Assembly (NCBI GenBank): GCA_951406725.2
Contig: OX597818.1
Span: 121,768,001 to 121,832,000 of the forward strand
Direction: 5' to 3'
Length of the DNA: 64,000 bases
From: Octopus vulgaris
Taxonomy: Eukaryota
Shown: piece after piece, positions 43,506 through 56,278 of the stretch
Numbering within the stretch: position 1 is the stretch's first letter
Layout: every line of letters begins with the position of its first letter
Translations under genes and position numbers: made by a program
Notes under the pieces: model-generated
The model's input: the letters and a program-made list of their open reading frames with translations, nothing else
Databases searched by the model: none
Told to the model about the DNA's origin: nothing

Positions 43506-43763
43506 CGTTATCATCGACAGAAGATTCCAGAGTCTTCATAGTCGGGGTGTGTGTGGCTGGCTTGGTTGTGTCATTCACGGCTCTCAAAACTGGTGGTGCA
43601 CGGGAAATGGGCCTGAGAGTGACTGGTGGGGTACTTGTGTAGGTTATTTGGGTAGATGTGGTACTTGTCGATGGATTGTAATTAGCTTGAGTACTGCTCG
43701 GATAGGCAACTGTGCTTGTAGTACTAGTTTCGTTATTTTTCATCGAATCCCCACTGATGTTAT
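43506..43763 (-). CDS. Internal coding exon (phase 1/1, 258 bp) for a Ser/Thr/Pro-rich mucin-like segment of an unidentified secreted or membrane glycoprotein
   Basis: Acceptor gtttgtttttattttcccgcAG (AG at 43765-43764) and donor G|GTAAGA (GT at 43505-43504). Open frame xNISGDSMKNNETSTTSTVAYPSSTQANYNPSTSTTSTQITYTSTPPVTLRPISRAPPVLRAVNDTTKPATHTPTMKTLESSVDDN. Length divisible by 3, raised GC, three N-glycosylation sequons (NIS, NET, NDT). Confidence 0.75.
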
Positions 43764-43849
43764 CTGCGGGAAAATAAAAACAAACATCAACAATATTTTA
43801 TACATACATGCATGCATACATACATACATACATACATACATACATACAT

Positions 43850-44115
43850 GTGAAGGCGCGTGGCTTCAATTCCAGGCGACGCGTTGTGTCCTTGAGCAAG
43901 ACACTTTATTTCACGTTGCTCCAGTCCACCCAGCTGTCAAAAATTTCAAAGGGTCAGCCTTGTCACACTCTGTGTCACGCTGAATCTCCCTGAAAATTAC
44001 GTTAATGGTACACGTTTCTGTGGAGTGTTCAGCCACTTGCTCGTTAATTTCACGAGCAAGCTGTTCCGTTGATCGGATCAGCTGGAACCCTCGCCATCGT
44101 AACCGACAGAGTGCT
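43850..44115 (+). mobile_element. SINE family C with head deletion
   Basis: gaaggcgcgtggctt...gacgcgttgtgtccttgagcaagacactttatttcacgttgctccagtccac...; same subfamily as 48275-48590. Confidence 0.88.
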
Positions 44116-44125
44116 CCTCCTTACG

Positions 44126-44167
<42 letters not shown>

Positions 44168-44423
44168 CGCGTAATACACAAACACATATGAAGACAAAAA
44201 GGAATGGAATTGTACAATAAAATGAAAACAATTGTAATCTTTTTAGATAAGTTTTAAGACAAATAACAAATGTATTTCATTTAGATGTGTTAAATACTTT
44301 TACATTGAGTTCAAGAGTTCAGAGAAAAATGCAAGTTTATTAAGAAGCACTGCCCCAGGGAGATTGATAGACAGACGCAGTAATACGGTGCATACACACG
44401 CACGCACACACACGCACACACAC

Positions 44424-44461
<38 letters not shown>

Positions 44462-44881
44462 CGCCCCACTCTCTCTTTTACCCAATCAGCATGTTCTCTC
44501 GATGTTGCAACGCGAAATTTTGTATTACAGGAAGTTTATTTCCATTAATTTCAAATGATTTAGTGGAAACGGTAGCAGTTTATCACCCACCACCCACAAG
44601 GAACAAGTATGTAGTCGCTCGTTATGTACGAAATAGCAACCAAATCTCTCTCAAATTACACTATGTTGTCTTAAAAACAGAACACATTGGTTGGTGTTAT
44701 AAAATGAAAATTGGATACTGTTAGATCATCTGTCTATTCAAGCGGAGTCCGCATTACGACCAACACTACCACTACCGCTACCTCAATTACCCCTAATGAC
44801 GATCATAGCAACGGCAGTCGCGAAGAAATATATAAACCAATAAGGGAACCTGTTCCTCACGCTAGATTTGATAGAAATATG

Positions 44882-44923
<42 letters not shown>

Positions 44924-44999
44924 TATAAGTAAGGGCAAAAGAAAAAAATTCTAATGCCAAAATATGCCGAAAAAAGACATAACGTCAATAACCATGTAA

Positions 45000-45063
45000 T
45001 TTATCACTACAAGCACGCGTTTCGAAGAAAGCCGACAGAAATTTCCCTTCATCAGTGATAAAT
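45000..45063 (-). ncRNA. Hammerhead-ribozyme-like motif in a short element next to (TA)n
   Basis: Minus strand: atttatca-CTGATGA-agggaaa...tttcttc-GAAA-cgcgtgctt-GTA-g-tgataaat. One extra G after the putative cleavage site. Confidence 0.5.
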
Positions 45064-46019
45064 GCGGTAAAGAAATAAGTGAAATACTTACCTATACCCA
45101 TGGAAGAAGTGAACACTAAGTCATGAGCACAACTAAGTACCCCAAATATATCTAAAATAGAAACCCTCTAGCCCATCTCGAGACACGTGCGATTCGAACT
45201 AAAAAACTCTCGTAAAGTGAGAAAGTCCGGAAGTATATATATAAATGACATACGTATATAATTGTTTATATATCTTAAAACGGTTGTTCGACATGCTGGA
45301 AATAACACCCAAATCTTCCATCAGCTTAATTGAAGACATATTAGATAATGTTGTCCTTGTTATATTACCACTGAAATATAAGTGAAGTGCTAATGGATGG
45401 AACGCTTTGGTTTTGTATCATAGATCGTCTGGAAATGGACATTCTATCAACTTAAATTGTGAATCGGCGGTTTATGTTAATCGAATCAGAAGGAAAAAAT
45501 GATGCGACTTTTTGATTTAAATGTTTTAATCGAATTAAAAGCGAGGACTAACATTTAATCATTCAATGAATCAATCAATTATAGAATGATTGGGAACAGG
45601 AAGAAATGAATTTTATAGAAATGTGAAAAGAATAACTGATTTAATTATGAAACGTATTTTTTAAAATGTGATGTGTTAAATACACGTTTTCACAGACTGT
45701 CATTAAGAAATTTAGCTTTCATTTCGACATATTACAAAATAGTAAAAATTATCTCGACAGGTAGGTCTATTAATATCTCTCAAATGTTTTCTCTTTGGAT
45801 GACCACCAAGATCTAATTATAGATAGTACTTGGTGGTCAAAAATATGTGAAGATGATAAAAACGAAAGAAATATTCGTGCTTCGGACTAAATATCCTGAA
45901 GTATTTAATTTCAGACCTATGGTTTCCGAGATTAAAATTCAATAGAACAGGCTTTTCTGTTTGCTTTATCATGGCGTCTTACTAATAAATAAATAAATGC
46001 TAATAATATATATGCATTA

Positions 46020-46235
46020 TAAGGTGGCAAGCTGGCAGAATCGTTAGTATACTGGCCAAAAAGCTTAGCGGCGTTTCGTCTACCTTTCCGTTCTGAGTTC
46101 AAATTCTGCCGTGGTCGACTTTGTCTCTTTCATCCTTTCGGAGCGATAAGATAAGCTGTAGTTGAACACTAGGGTAAATGTAATTGAATTATACCCTGCG
46201 CCTCCAAAATGCTGGCCTTGTGCAAACATTTAAAA
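46020..46235 (+). mobile_element. SINE family B
   Basis: aaggtggcaagctggcagaatcgttag...ttctgagttcaaattc...gtcgactttg...catcctttcgg. Confidence 0.85.
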
Positions 46236-46739
46236 GCAATATACATGCATTATATCTCACTCTCCAATAACTCTTTGAACTCGCTGACTTAAAGCTTTTA
46301 ATTAAATTAAAAGTATACCTTTAATATATGTACGGAAATAGGCTAGACTACTTGATTATTACACACACACACATGTATATATATCAATTCAATAACCTTC
46401 ATCCCTTCCCTAAAAATTATTCTGTGTCCGAGGAAGAATCTGTTTATAAACATGATTGGTGTGTTATGCAAAGTAGTAGACACTAAATTTCGAGATATCA
46501 CCGCTGCAATCTCGTGTTGATTTCCAATTGGAGTATTTCTTTTACTTAGGTACTTTCAAGAAGAGAAAGTATTTCATAAACGACTATTCTGTTGCTTTTA
46601 GCGATTTCAGGCTTCTTGCTTATATTAGAAAACATGTAAAGCTTGTTTTCTAATCAGGCGGATATGATATTTATTCTGACACACTGCACCAAAGTCAAAT
46701 TTACCTTTTATCCTTTGTGGGGTAAAAAAAAAAGTATGA

Positions 46740-46984
46740 AGAGATCCCAACCACATTTTACCTTAGGGCCCCTTTGGTCCCTATTGTACTCAGTTGCGCC
46801 CTCGTAACCATTCCATATTTTAAAAAAAGCCCTTTTATATTTTTATAATTAAATGATATTAACAATTGTATTAAAAAATTGTGAAAAGGTTTTGTGCTTT
46901 GTAGAACTTATTAAGGATAAATTTAAACAACAAAATATTATATTAACCCACAAAGGCCATGTGGACCTCGGTTGAGAACCACTA
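46740..46984. mobile_element. hAT-type MITE remnant
   Basis: Right end ggttgagaaccact is the reverse complement of the hAT-like terminus agtggttctcaacc; the left end is degenerate (cccaacc). Confidence 0.45.
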
Positions 46985-47514
46985 GATTTCAAGCTCGGGA
47001 AAGATGCCTTGCATATCTGTTCCGGATCTTTGCATTCGTCAAACTGGTGTCAAGTTAAATAAAACCCATATGTGTGTTTCTTTTTGGCAATATAACCCTC
47101 CAAAAATACCATATCTGTTTCAACGCAAAATTTCACATGAAGAATTTTTCAAAAGAAACATCAAAACAAAAAAAATGAATTTATGTACAGAAAGATGCAA
47201 TTGGGTGCAGTTGTTTGGATGCTGATGGTGTGGCACGGCTGACAGAACATTCAGCCTGGTTTTGGTGACAGTACTTTTTGGCACTGGGTGGGAGGCACAC
47301 ACAAACGACACACACATACACATACGTCCGCGCGCAGAAATACACGCATACAAATAGAATGAGTGATAGAGGAGAGAGATAGCGATAGAAGGAAAGATAT
47401 AGAGAAAGGAGAGAGACACTACAATTTATTAATTGAACACAATTAACATAAACAATTTCTCACACCTCATACGCATAAAGAGAAATGTACTCAGAGATGG
47501 AAAGAGAGAGAGAG

Positions 47515-47564
<50 letters not shown>

Positions 47565-47879
47565 AAACAAGAAAAGATTAAAATGTTTGTTGTCAAATAT
47601 GTCAGTGTCGAATGAGAGACGTCAAAACGGCAGTGACAAAACTACCAATCTAGGTATGCATTTTGGCAACAGATCGAAAATGAGTTACGTGTGGAACTTG
47701 ATAGCTTTCTCCTATTTACATTAATTTCTCAATGATTTAAGATCAAATTTTCCAGATTAAAAAAAAACAAAAACAGTAAAACAAACTTATAGAACACCTT
47801 CTTTTCAAAACTGGAGACTAGTGAAGGAAGTATATTCTTAGAAAACGGAACAGTATACTATTCATATGGTTGTTGAATG

Positions 47880-48210
47880 TGAAGGCGCATGGCTCAGTGG
47901 TTAGAGCGTCGAGCTTACAATCGTGAGGTTGTGAGTTCGATTGCGGGATCGGGCTGTGTGTTGTGTTCTTAAGCAAGACACTTTATTTCACGTTGCTCCA
48001 GTTAACTCAGCTGTAGAAATGAGTTGTGACATCACTGGTACTGAGCTGTATCGGCCTTTGTCTTATCCCTTGGATAAGTGGTGTGGAGCGGGGATGCTGG
48101 TATGCATGGCCGACTGCTGCCCTTCCACAAACAATCTTGCCCGGACTTGTGCCTCTGAGGTTAACTTTCTAGGTGCAATCCCATGGTCATTCATGACCGA
48201 AGGGTGTCCC
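47880..48210 (+). mobile_element. SINE family C, alternative-tail subfamily
   Basis: tRNA-like head ggcgcatggctcagtggttagagcg...gagttcgatt and shared body; the tail also occurs inverted at ~16545-16622. Confidence 0.88.
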
Positions 48211-48274
48211 CTCCCCCTCCTTCTCCCCATAGTTGTTGATTATAAAAGTAGTAGTTTGAATATTATGTAGTATA

Positions 48275-48590
48275 AAAGACTCCGCCGGTTACGACGACGA
48301 GGGTCCCAGCTGATACGATCAACGGAACAGCTTGCTCGTGAAATTAACGTGCAAATGGCTGAGCATTCCACAGACACGTGTACCCTTAACGTAGTTCTCG
48401 GGGATAATCAGCGTGACACAGAGAGTGACAAGGCTGACCCTTTGAAATACAAGTACAACTCATTTTTGCCAGCTGAGTGGACTGGAGCAACGTGAAATAA
48501 AGTGTCTTGCTCAAGGACACAACGCGTCGCCGGGAATCGAACTCACAACCTTACGATCATGAGCCGAATGCCCTAACCACTAAGCCACGT
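48275..48590 (-). mobile_element. Young full-length SINE family C
   Basis: Reverse complement of cgtggcttagtggttagggcattcggctcatgatcgtaagg...gagttcgattcccggcgacgcgttgtgtccttgagcaagacac. Confidence 0.9.
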
Positions 48591-48662
48591 AGTATAAGAA
48601 ATAAACGCATAACATGCTAAAAATGCGATTTTATTTTTCGTTTCGAGCTGAAGCTAATAAAT

Positions 48663-49450
48663 TTTTCTATGGTATTTTTTAGTTATATTCTATCTCCTTC
48701 CAATTTCTGTAAATATCAAGAAATTAAATATAAGTTATCGTCACATGTGGGTAAGTACGACTTGCTAACATGTACCATGTTTTCGCTATTTCTTTTCTAT
48801 GGTATTTTTTAGTTATATTCTATCTCCTTCCAATTTCTGTAAATATCAAGAAATTAAGTATAAGTTATCGTCACATGTGGGTAAGTACGACTTGCTAACA
48901 TGTTACATGTTTTCGCTATTTCTTTTCCATGGTATTTTTTAGTTATTTTCTATCTCCTTCCAATTTCTGTAAATATCAAGAAATTAAGTATAAGTTATCG
49001 TCACATGTGGGTAAGTACGACTTGCTAACATGTACCATGTTTTCGCTATTTCTTTTCTATGGTATTTTTTAGTTATGTTCTATCTCCTTCCAATTTCTGT
49101 AAATATCAAGAAATTAAGTATAAGTTATCGTCACATGTGGGTAAGTACGACTTGCTAACATGTACCATGTTTTCGCTATTTCTTTTCTATGGTATTTTTA
49201 GTTATGTTCTATCTCCTTCCAATTTCTGTAAATATTATCAAGAAATTAAGTATAAGTTATCGTCACATGTGGGTAAGTACGACTTGCTAACATGTACCAT
49301 GTTTTCGCTATTTCTTTTCTATGGTATTTTTTAGTTATGTTCTATCTCCTTCCAATTTCTGTAAATATTATCAAGAAATTAAGTATAAGTTATCGTCACA
49401 TGTGGGTAAGTACGACTTGCTAACATGTATCATGTTTTCGCTATTTCTTT
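48663..49450. repeat. Minisatellite, 6 head-to-tail copies of a 130-133 bp unit
   Basis: Unit starts (ttttct/catgg) at ~48663, 48793, 48923, 49053, 49183 and 49315; copies nearly identical. Confidence 0.97.
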
Positions 49451-51290
49451 TAGCTATTTATGTAGTAACTCTTGATCCGGCGGTGCATTCACATTATGAC
49501 AGCTATAGGGAAGAGAGGGCTACACCAAAATCCGGTTGGTACACCTATATATCTGAGTAGACTAATAAAGTGAAAAAAAAGTGCCTCGTTCAAGAGCATA
49601 ATGCGTCACCAGGTCAGAAGTTGAACCTTGACTTTTATGAGTAGAGAACAACATGTCTAACCACCGGCTACGTGTCTTCATAATAGAGGTGAATTATATT
49701 CTTAGTTGTCTGATTTATTGACGAAGAAAGATTAAATATATCTCATATATTGTTTTGCAAAATCGCTTCTTTTCAAGCGTTTCGTCCTCTGTTATTAATC
49801 TCGTAGGCATGTATTTTAATTGTCATATCCAGGACAATCGTATATAGCGCATGATATAATCAAGACCCTGCTTGAAATATAAGTGGGTATGCTGGAAACC
49901 AGCCCTAGTACATGTCGTAACTACAACGATTCGGACATTCGATGATGAGCGTAGATAGAATCATTCAGAAATGCAGCGATTTATCAAAATGTAACAAAAT
50001 GGTGAGCCGGAAAAATCTCTATATCGAATTTTAAACTTCTTTTTAGCCTTTAGTTAAATGTAAACTGAAGCTTAGTAAATTTCCTTCAAGGGGAAAAAAC
50101 AAAAACGAAAAAGAAAAATATGGAAACTGCAAATCACAGCTAAAATAATTACGAAACTGTATTTTCACCACATATCTTAATTAGGACTAATAGGATCAAT
50201 ATTTTAAGCATTAAACTAAATTAGTCAACAAAAAAAAAATATTTAACGTATAAACAACAATTATATTTAATAAGACTAGTATTTTAACTAGAAATTTTAA
50301 TTATGCTTTATATGGCAAATATTTTAACTATAAACCATAATTACATCTAATAGGAATAATATTGTTTTGTTTTTGAGATGATATATACCACCTAATTTTA
50401 AGTGTGAAGTAATAGGATATTGTGATTGTCAGAATTTTACGAGGAAGATTTGGTAGACTCGTTAGACATTTCAGATAAATTATGTAGCGAAGTATTTAAT
50501 TCTACCTCTTTATGATCTGAGTTCAAATCCTGCAGGGATCACTTTTTGTCTCGCTTCATGGTAGGGGATTAATAATCCTTTCTAATATAGGAATTTTGTG
50601 AGAGGTGGCTAGTCGGTTACTTCAATCCCAGTACCAAACATGTACTTATTTTATCGATCCTGAAAAGATGAAAGGTAAAGCCAACATCGACTGCGCTTCA
50701 ACTCAGAACATAAAAATAAAATAAAATGCGCGATAACGGTCCTGCCAGCTTGTCATCATACTGAGGTTAATAATAATAATAAAATCAAGTATTAGTCAGA
50801 TACGGGGACCTATTTTCTCGACTGATACTGGAATCTTTCAGGCTTTTTCAAGTACGTCACTGTGGCTGAAAACATCCTCAATGAATCCTTTGAGGGTTGT
50901 TTAGAATTTAAGAGCGGGTAGTTGTGCTACCTCAACGATAAGTCAACAGAAAAAAAAATACTTTCTGAAAGGTAAAAGAAGCAAAGTTAAAATGCATGAA
51001 TTTCATCCAGAATCAAAACCAGCTCAAGGGTTCGGTCCACTAGAAACATAGCTTTTTGAGCATACTTTGACAATCTGCATTAATAGACTTAACTTCCTAC
51101 CGATCACTTATAACATTACAGTCATTAATGGAAAGGTGATATAGTATAGAAACTAGTTATCACAACCCCCTCGTTGCTATGCTCGAGAAAAGCTATGGTA
51201 AAAAGCATTCCATCCTTAGCCAACCTGTGTTTATAGAGGTATGTAGATTACTTTATCTAATGTGGTCTTTTCAACCTTAAGACGGTAGGA

Positions 51291-51421
51291 TTCACACACT
51301 TGTTGCAGAGGTCCTTCAGTTTTTCTAAACCCTGTAAAAGAACTCGGAAGGTTGGACTTCCAACTAAGCCTTTCGCGATACCCTTAAAACCGGGAACTTT
51401 TCAACACCCCGTCGTATGTAT

Positions 51422-51470
<49 letters not shown>

Positions 51471-51725
51471 TGCATATATATATGTGTGTGTGTTTGTCTG
51501 TAGGAGTGGGGGGCTGAAAAGTTCCTAGCTTTGGATATAAGGAAATACAGAATGATCAATTGATTATGCGTTTATTCAACAGGTTCCCATATTTCTCAGG
51601 TTCACACATTTATTGTAGCGATCCTTCAGTTTTTCTGAGCCAAGTAAAAGAATTCGGAAGGTTGGGCCTCCAACCAGGCCTTTCCCGACACCCTTAAAGC
51701 CAGAAACTTTTCTGCACACCTCGTA
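51291..51725 (+). mobile_element. Two mariner-type MITE copies in tandem (3' fragment 51291-51416; fuller copy ~51500-51725)
   Basis: Shared body ttcacac...ccttcagtttttct...cggaaggttgg...cccttaaa; terminal inverted repeat pair gctgaaaagttcc and aaacttttctgc...cctcgTA. Confidence 0.75.
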
Positions 51726-53554
51726 TATAGTACCAGACTAAATTCGAACTAGGAAAACTTATTTCAGAGTGTAATATCTACATGCTGGTTCGGTCAACAT
51801 TTTCGTTATTGATAAGGAACCAAATTCCAAGATGTGAATATAGTACAAGATTTCACTCGAACTAGGGAGATTTACTTATAAATTAGGGTTAATAAATTTA
51901 TTAAACACTCAAATACTGGTGTATACTATGGAACATTATCGTCTTACTAGCAGTAGGCTTGAAAAATTCTACGGTCACTTTGAAAACTATAAGATTGCAG
52001 GAAATTTATAGAAAATCAAAATGAATAATGGTATACTACTGAACAAAATCGGAGATATAATCTATCTATTTTATATTATTCTTATGCTTCTGTACAACCA
52101 CGTTGTTAAAGCTTTCAGCAAAGGTAATAACATGCAATACTACATTCTTATTGTTATACAGACGATGTATTTACCATCACATAATTCCTTGTGATGCAGC
52201 TTTAATGATGGAATGTAGTTGCATCGTGGGGAAATATATAAAGGGAAACACATCGTCTGCAATTTCATAGCTAGGTAATTTCATCGCTAGGTAATTTCAT
52301 CGCAACGTAATTACACCGCAAGCCAATCTCAGTAGCTTCATCGCCATACCGAATACATTGTCGGCAAATTCATCATCATATTTTTTATTCGAAGAGTATA
52401 TATATATATTGCTAAACATTATTTAAATGTTTCTTTTTATTCTTTGAGTAAATACGTCATATTTCATTTTTAAAAATTCGAAGATCAAAATTCCCATCAT
52501 ACGATCTGAAATTCTTAAAATTATTCAAAAAGAAACAATCCAGAAATGAAGCAATAATCAGACACTATATTGCCAGTATAGAAATTCTATATTGCAAAAA
52601 GGAATACAGAAATAATATAGCAAGAATTCAATGCATTGCCAATGAATATAAAAATCCCGTTTAAAACAACGCTGTCTTTTTTTACAGCAAATTTTTGCTG
52701 ATTCTATGTTAAAGAATAGCTTTGATTTGTTTTTCCATGCATATATAAACTAAATTTGATATTAAACTTTTGTCTTCGAAATTCTTTTTCCGTGTTTAAC
52801 TCAGACGCTAAAACTTTAGCGCTGTAATTATTCTGCAGACGGAAAGTTTGATGATGCTTTGGCATAACTTTGGCATAACAGTGTAATGAAATCATCATAA
52901 TATGTTTCTCTCTTTGGTTCTGAGTTCGGATCCTGGCTGTCTCAGTTGTGGATTTCATCGCTCCAGGGGCGTGAAAGGTATGGAAACTATGGTATAGGTA
53001 TCATAAATTATGAGATAAATTTAAAGTATTTAAGCTACATTTAGGATACGCATACAATAGTTAGACTAAGACTACTGTTAGAATAGATATCCCGACTAAA
53101 AACACTGTTACAACTCAGTTACAGGCACAATATCTTTGAAAGACTGAAAAGACATTGAATAATGTAGTCTGAGATACCCTTAAAAAGCGGGATGGTCCTG
53201 GCTGGAATGCTTTTATTTACTGGCCTATTCATTCAGAGTTAACATGCAGCTAATCTACACCATGACAACAACAATAAAAATAACAACAAAGTCATTGCAA
53301 TACCACTAACAGTAACAACAATAGTCACTAACAACAACAATGACAGCAACGTGAACAGTAACAAAACAGAAGATAACACTATCCTGCCAATATAAATTGT
53401 TGATACAATTTTTATGACGAAGAAGCTAAAAGTTCTATAGAATTTGAAAAAAGGAAATCTTGAAAAGACATCTTGGAAAACACGACCCGAAGAAAAGTGA
53501 GTTGATAAGGATAAAATATAAGTAAAGCACGTAATACCATCGCTTAATATAAAT

Positions 53555-53670
53555 ATATATATATGTATGTTTATATGTATATATATATGTAATTATATAT
53601 ATATATGAATGCATATATGTATGTATATATATATATATATATGTGTGTATGTATGTTTATATATGTATGC

Positions 53671-53701
<31 letters not shown>

Positions 53702-53705
53702 AATG

Positions 53706-53748
<43 letters not shown>

Positions 53749-53995
53749 TCATATATATATATATGTATATATATGTATATGTATGCATATATATATATAT
53801 GTATATATGTGTATATATATATATGTATATATGTGTATATGTATGTATATGTATATATATGTATGCATATATATATGCATATGTATATACATATGTATTT
53901 ATATGTGCATATATATGTATGTATATATGTATATATATGTATGTATATGTATGTATATATATGTATATATATACGTATATATATATATATACACC
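53555..53995. repeat. (TA)n/(TATG)n compound tract
   Basis: Directly visible. Confidence 0.95.
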
Positions 53996-54411
53996 AATGA
54001 CAAAACAATACAAATATTTACTGTTTTGAGAAACGAGAGAGGAAAGAAGAAAGGATAAAGACAGCGAGGAAGTGACAAAGAGGGATAGAGATAGAAAGAG
54101 AGAAGAGAATGGAGACAAAGATTGAGAAGAGATTGATAATGAAAAAAATAACGATGGTGATGGTGATGATGAAGATGATGGTGATGATGATGATGATGAT
54201 GTTTCTGAAGATAATGATGATAAAGATGGCGATGATGTTTACAATGAAAAAAAAAAAAAAGAAAATTATGTGGAGTAGATAAATGATGGACAGAACATAT
54301 TTTCTTTGGACGTAAATTCAATACTATTGAAATTAGATGGCTGAAACGCACAAACGCGCACGCATAGAGAAGCACATATCATCACACACATCATACACAT
54401 ATATTCATATG

Positions 54412-54479
<68 letters not shown>

Positions 54480-55309
54480 CAGAGATATGTTTCTAGCACT
54501 AAAGAAATTTGTCTGTCAGTGTTAGTCATGCGTTACTTGCAGCAAATGATCAATAATCAAGCGAAAGAGATCATATTTATTTGATTTTGCTTCGACAAAG
54601 AACGTGTATTTATGTTATTAACATACATACACACATGCATAAGCACATACCTACTTACCTACCGACCTACCTATATACATACATACATACATACGAACAT
54701 ACATACATACATACATGTACGTACATATCAATGTATGTATGTTTATGTGTGTGTGCATACATATATATATCTACACATATATCAGTATACACCTATATAT
54801 ATATATACGCACATATATATATATAATTAAATAAACAAATATATATGTATATATATGGTCAGATATATATTCTTAGATGCTTACACACATGTAGATATAA
54901 GTGCGTAATTAAATAGATATATTGGTAAGTACGTGCATGCTAACATAACAGTATTACACGCACAAAAGATATTAAAAAATTAATATATTTAAAATGGACA
55001 ACTGTCAAAGTATCAGCCTTGAGTGTTTATGTCAATAATTCAACTCCGCTCTCACTATACGTTTCCGAATCTAGACACATACACGTAATCACACATAAAA
55101 TGATGGGCCCATACAGAGAGAGATACATAGAAAGACACATGGTTATATACCAACGGATAAACTGACTCCACCACACATATTGCAACATTGATAGAAGTAT
55201 ACATATAGGTATACTCATATTGACGCATATCTATTGACAGATACAATGATACAGACTCAGGTATATACGTATAAACACATGCGCATAAATGTAGTCGCAC
55301 GAAACGAAA

Positions 55310-55620
55310 ATTTGAGAATCGTCAGGACAAATGCTAATGGATTGATAAAAAGCAACATAGGCCACAAGTATTGGGACCGAAGTGAAAAACTTATCCTCTG
55401 AGAGTGTTGCATCAGAATGGCTGTAATCAGATGAGTGAAGCCAGTAAATAAATAAACAATAAAATTTGTGACTGATTTAAATATCTCTACGAAGTCCTCT
55501 TCATTGGTGGACAGATGAGGAGTGCATGTCCTCTGAAAAGTAGTCAACCAGCCATGAAACATATCTCCTAATTTTATGTTGTGCGAAAAGAACAACAAAT
55601 TACATTAATATTTGTGTACT
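55310..55620 (-). mobile_element. Possible highly decayed Tc1/mariner-superfamily transposase remnant
   Basis: 'LWPMLLFINPLAFVLTILK' weakly resembles WPPxSPDLNPLDFxxWxILK. Confidence 0.3.
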
Positions 55621-55886
55621 TTCCACAGCAGAGGCATTGCAAACTGTAGCCTAACTACATTAAATTTATCTTAAATTTTCTAATACAAGCTGTTTATATG
55701 CAAAAGTGTTTAAGCATTTAATGGCGCCTTCCATTAATGAAAGCTATGCAAATTAGTCTATCTTTTTCAACTGTGATTGATTTAAATAGCTATTACTATG
55801 ACGTTGACCAAGCAGCGATGTCATGGTACTTTTTTCATTTTCCTGTGCGCAAAGAGAATGGCTAAGATGCGTTCACAATTGTTTTG

Positions 55887-55939
<53 letters not shown>

Positions 55940-56226
55940 AATTGAGATAGGGGTTGTAGATGCAACTTCTACAGCTGTAAGATCTAATTTATACTTATAT
56001 TTATATTTACTTGTATTTATATTCTCTTTTATATATATTCTACTTATTATACAACATCACTCTTTTATGTACACTTTTTTATGTACATTCCTTTATGTAC
56101 ACTGATTTGTTCTGATTTTTATATTTAACCCTACAGTCTCTTATGTGGTGGCTTAATAAAGTATGTGATTGAGTATTATCTGGTAATTGATATTTGATTT
56201 AGTTGTATTTCTCCATTTTCTTATCT

Positions 56227-56278
<52 letters not shown>

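Noticed and set aside
44711-44932. Thr-rich ORF resembling a second mucin exon
   Set aside because: Opposite strand, derived from decayed (ACT/ACC)n repeats, no splice signals.
48663-49450. Regular array as a CRISPR, and its ORFs 49059-49560
   Set aside because: Whole units repeat with no unique spacers; eukaryotic context and no cas genes; the ORFs only mirror the repeat.
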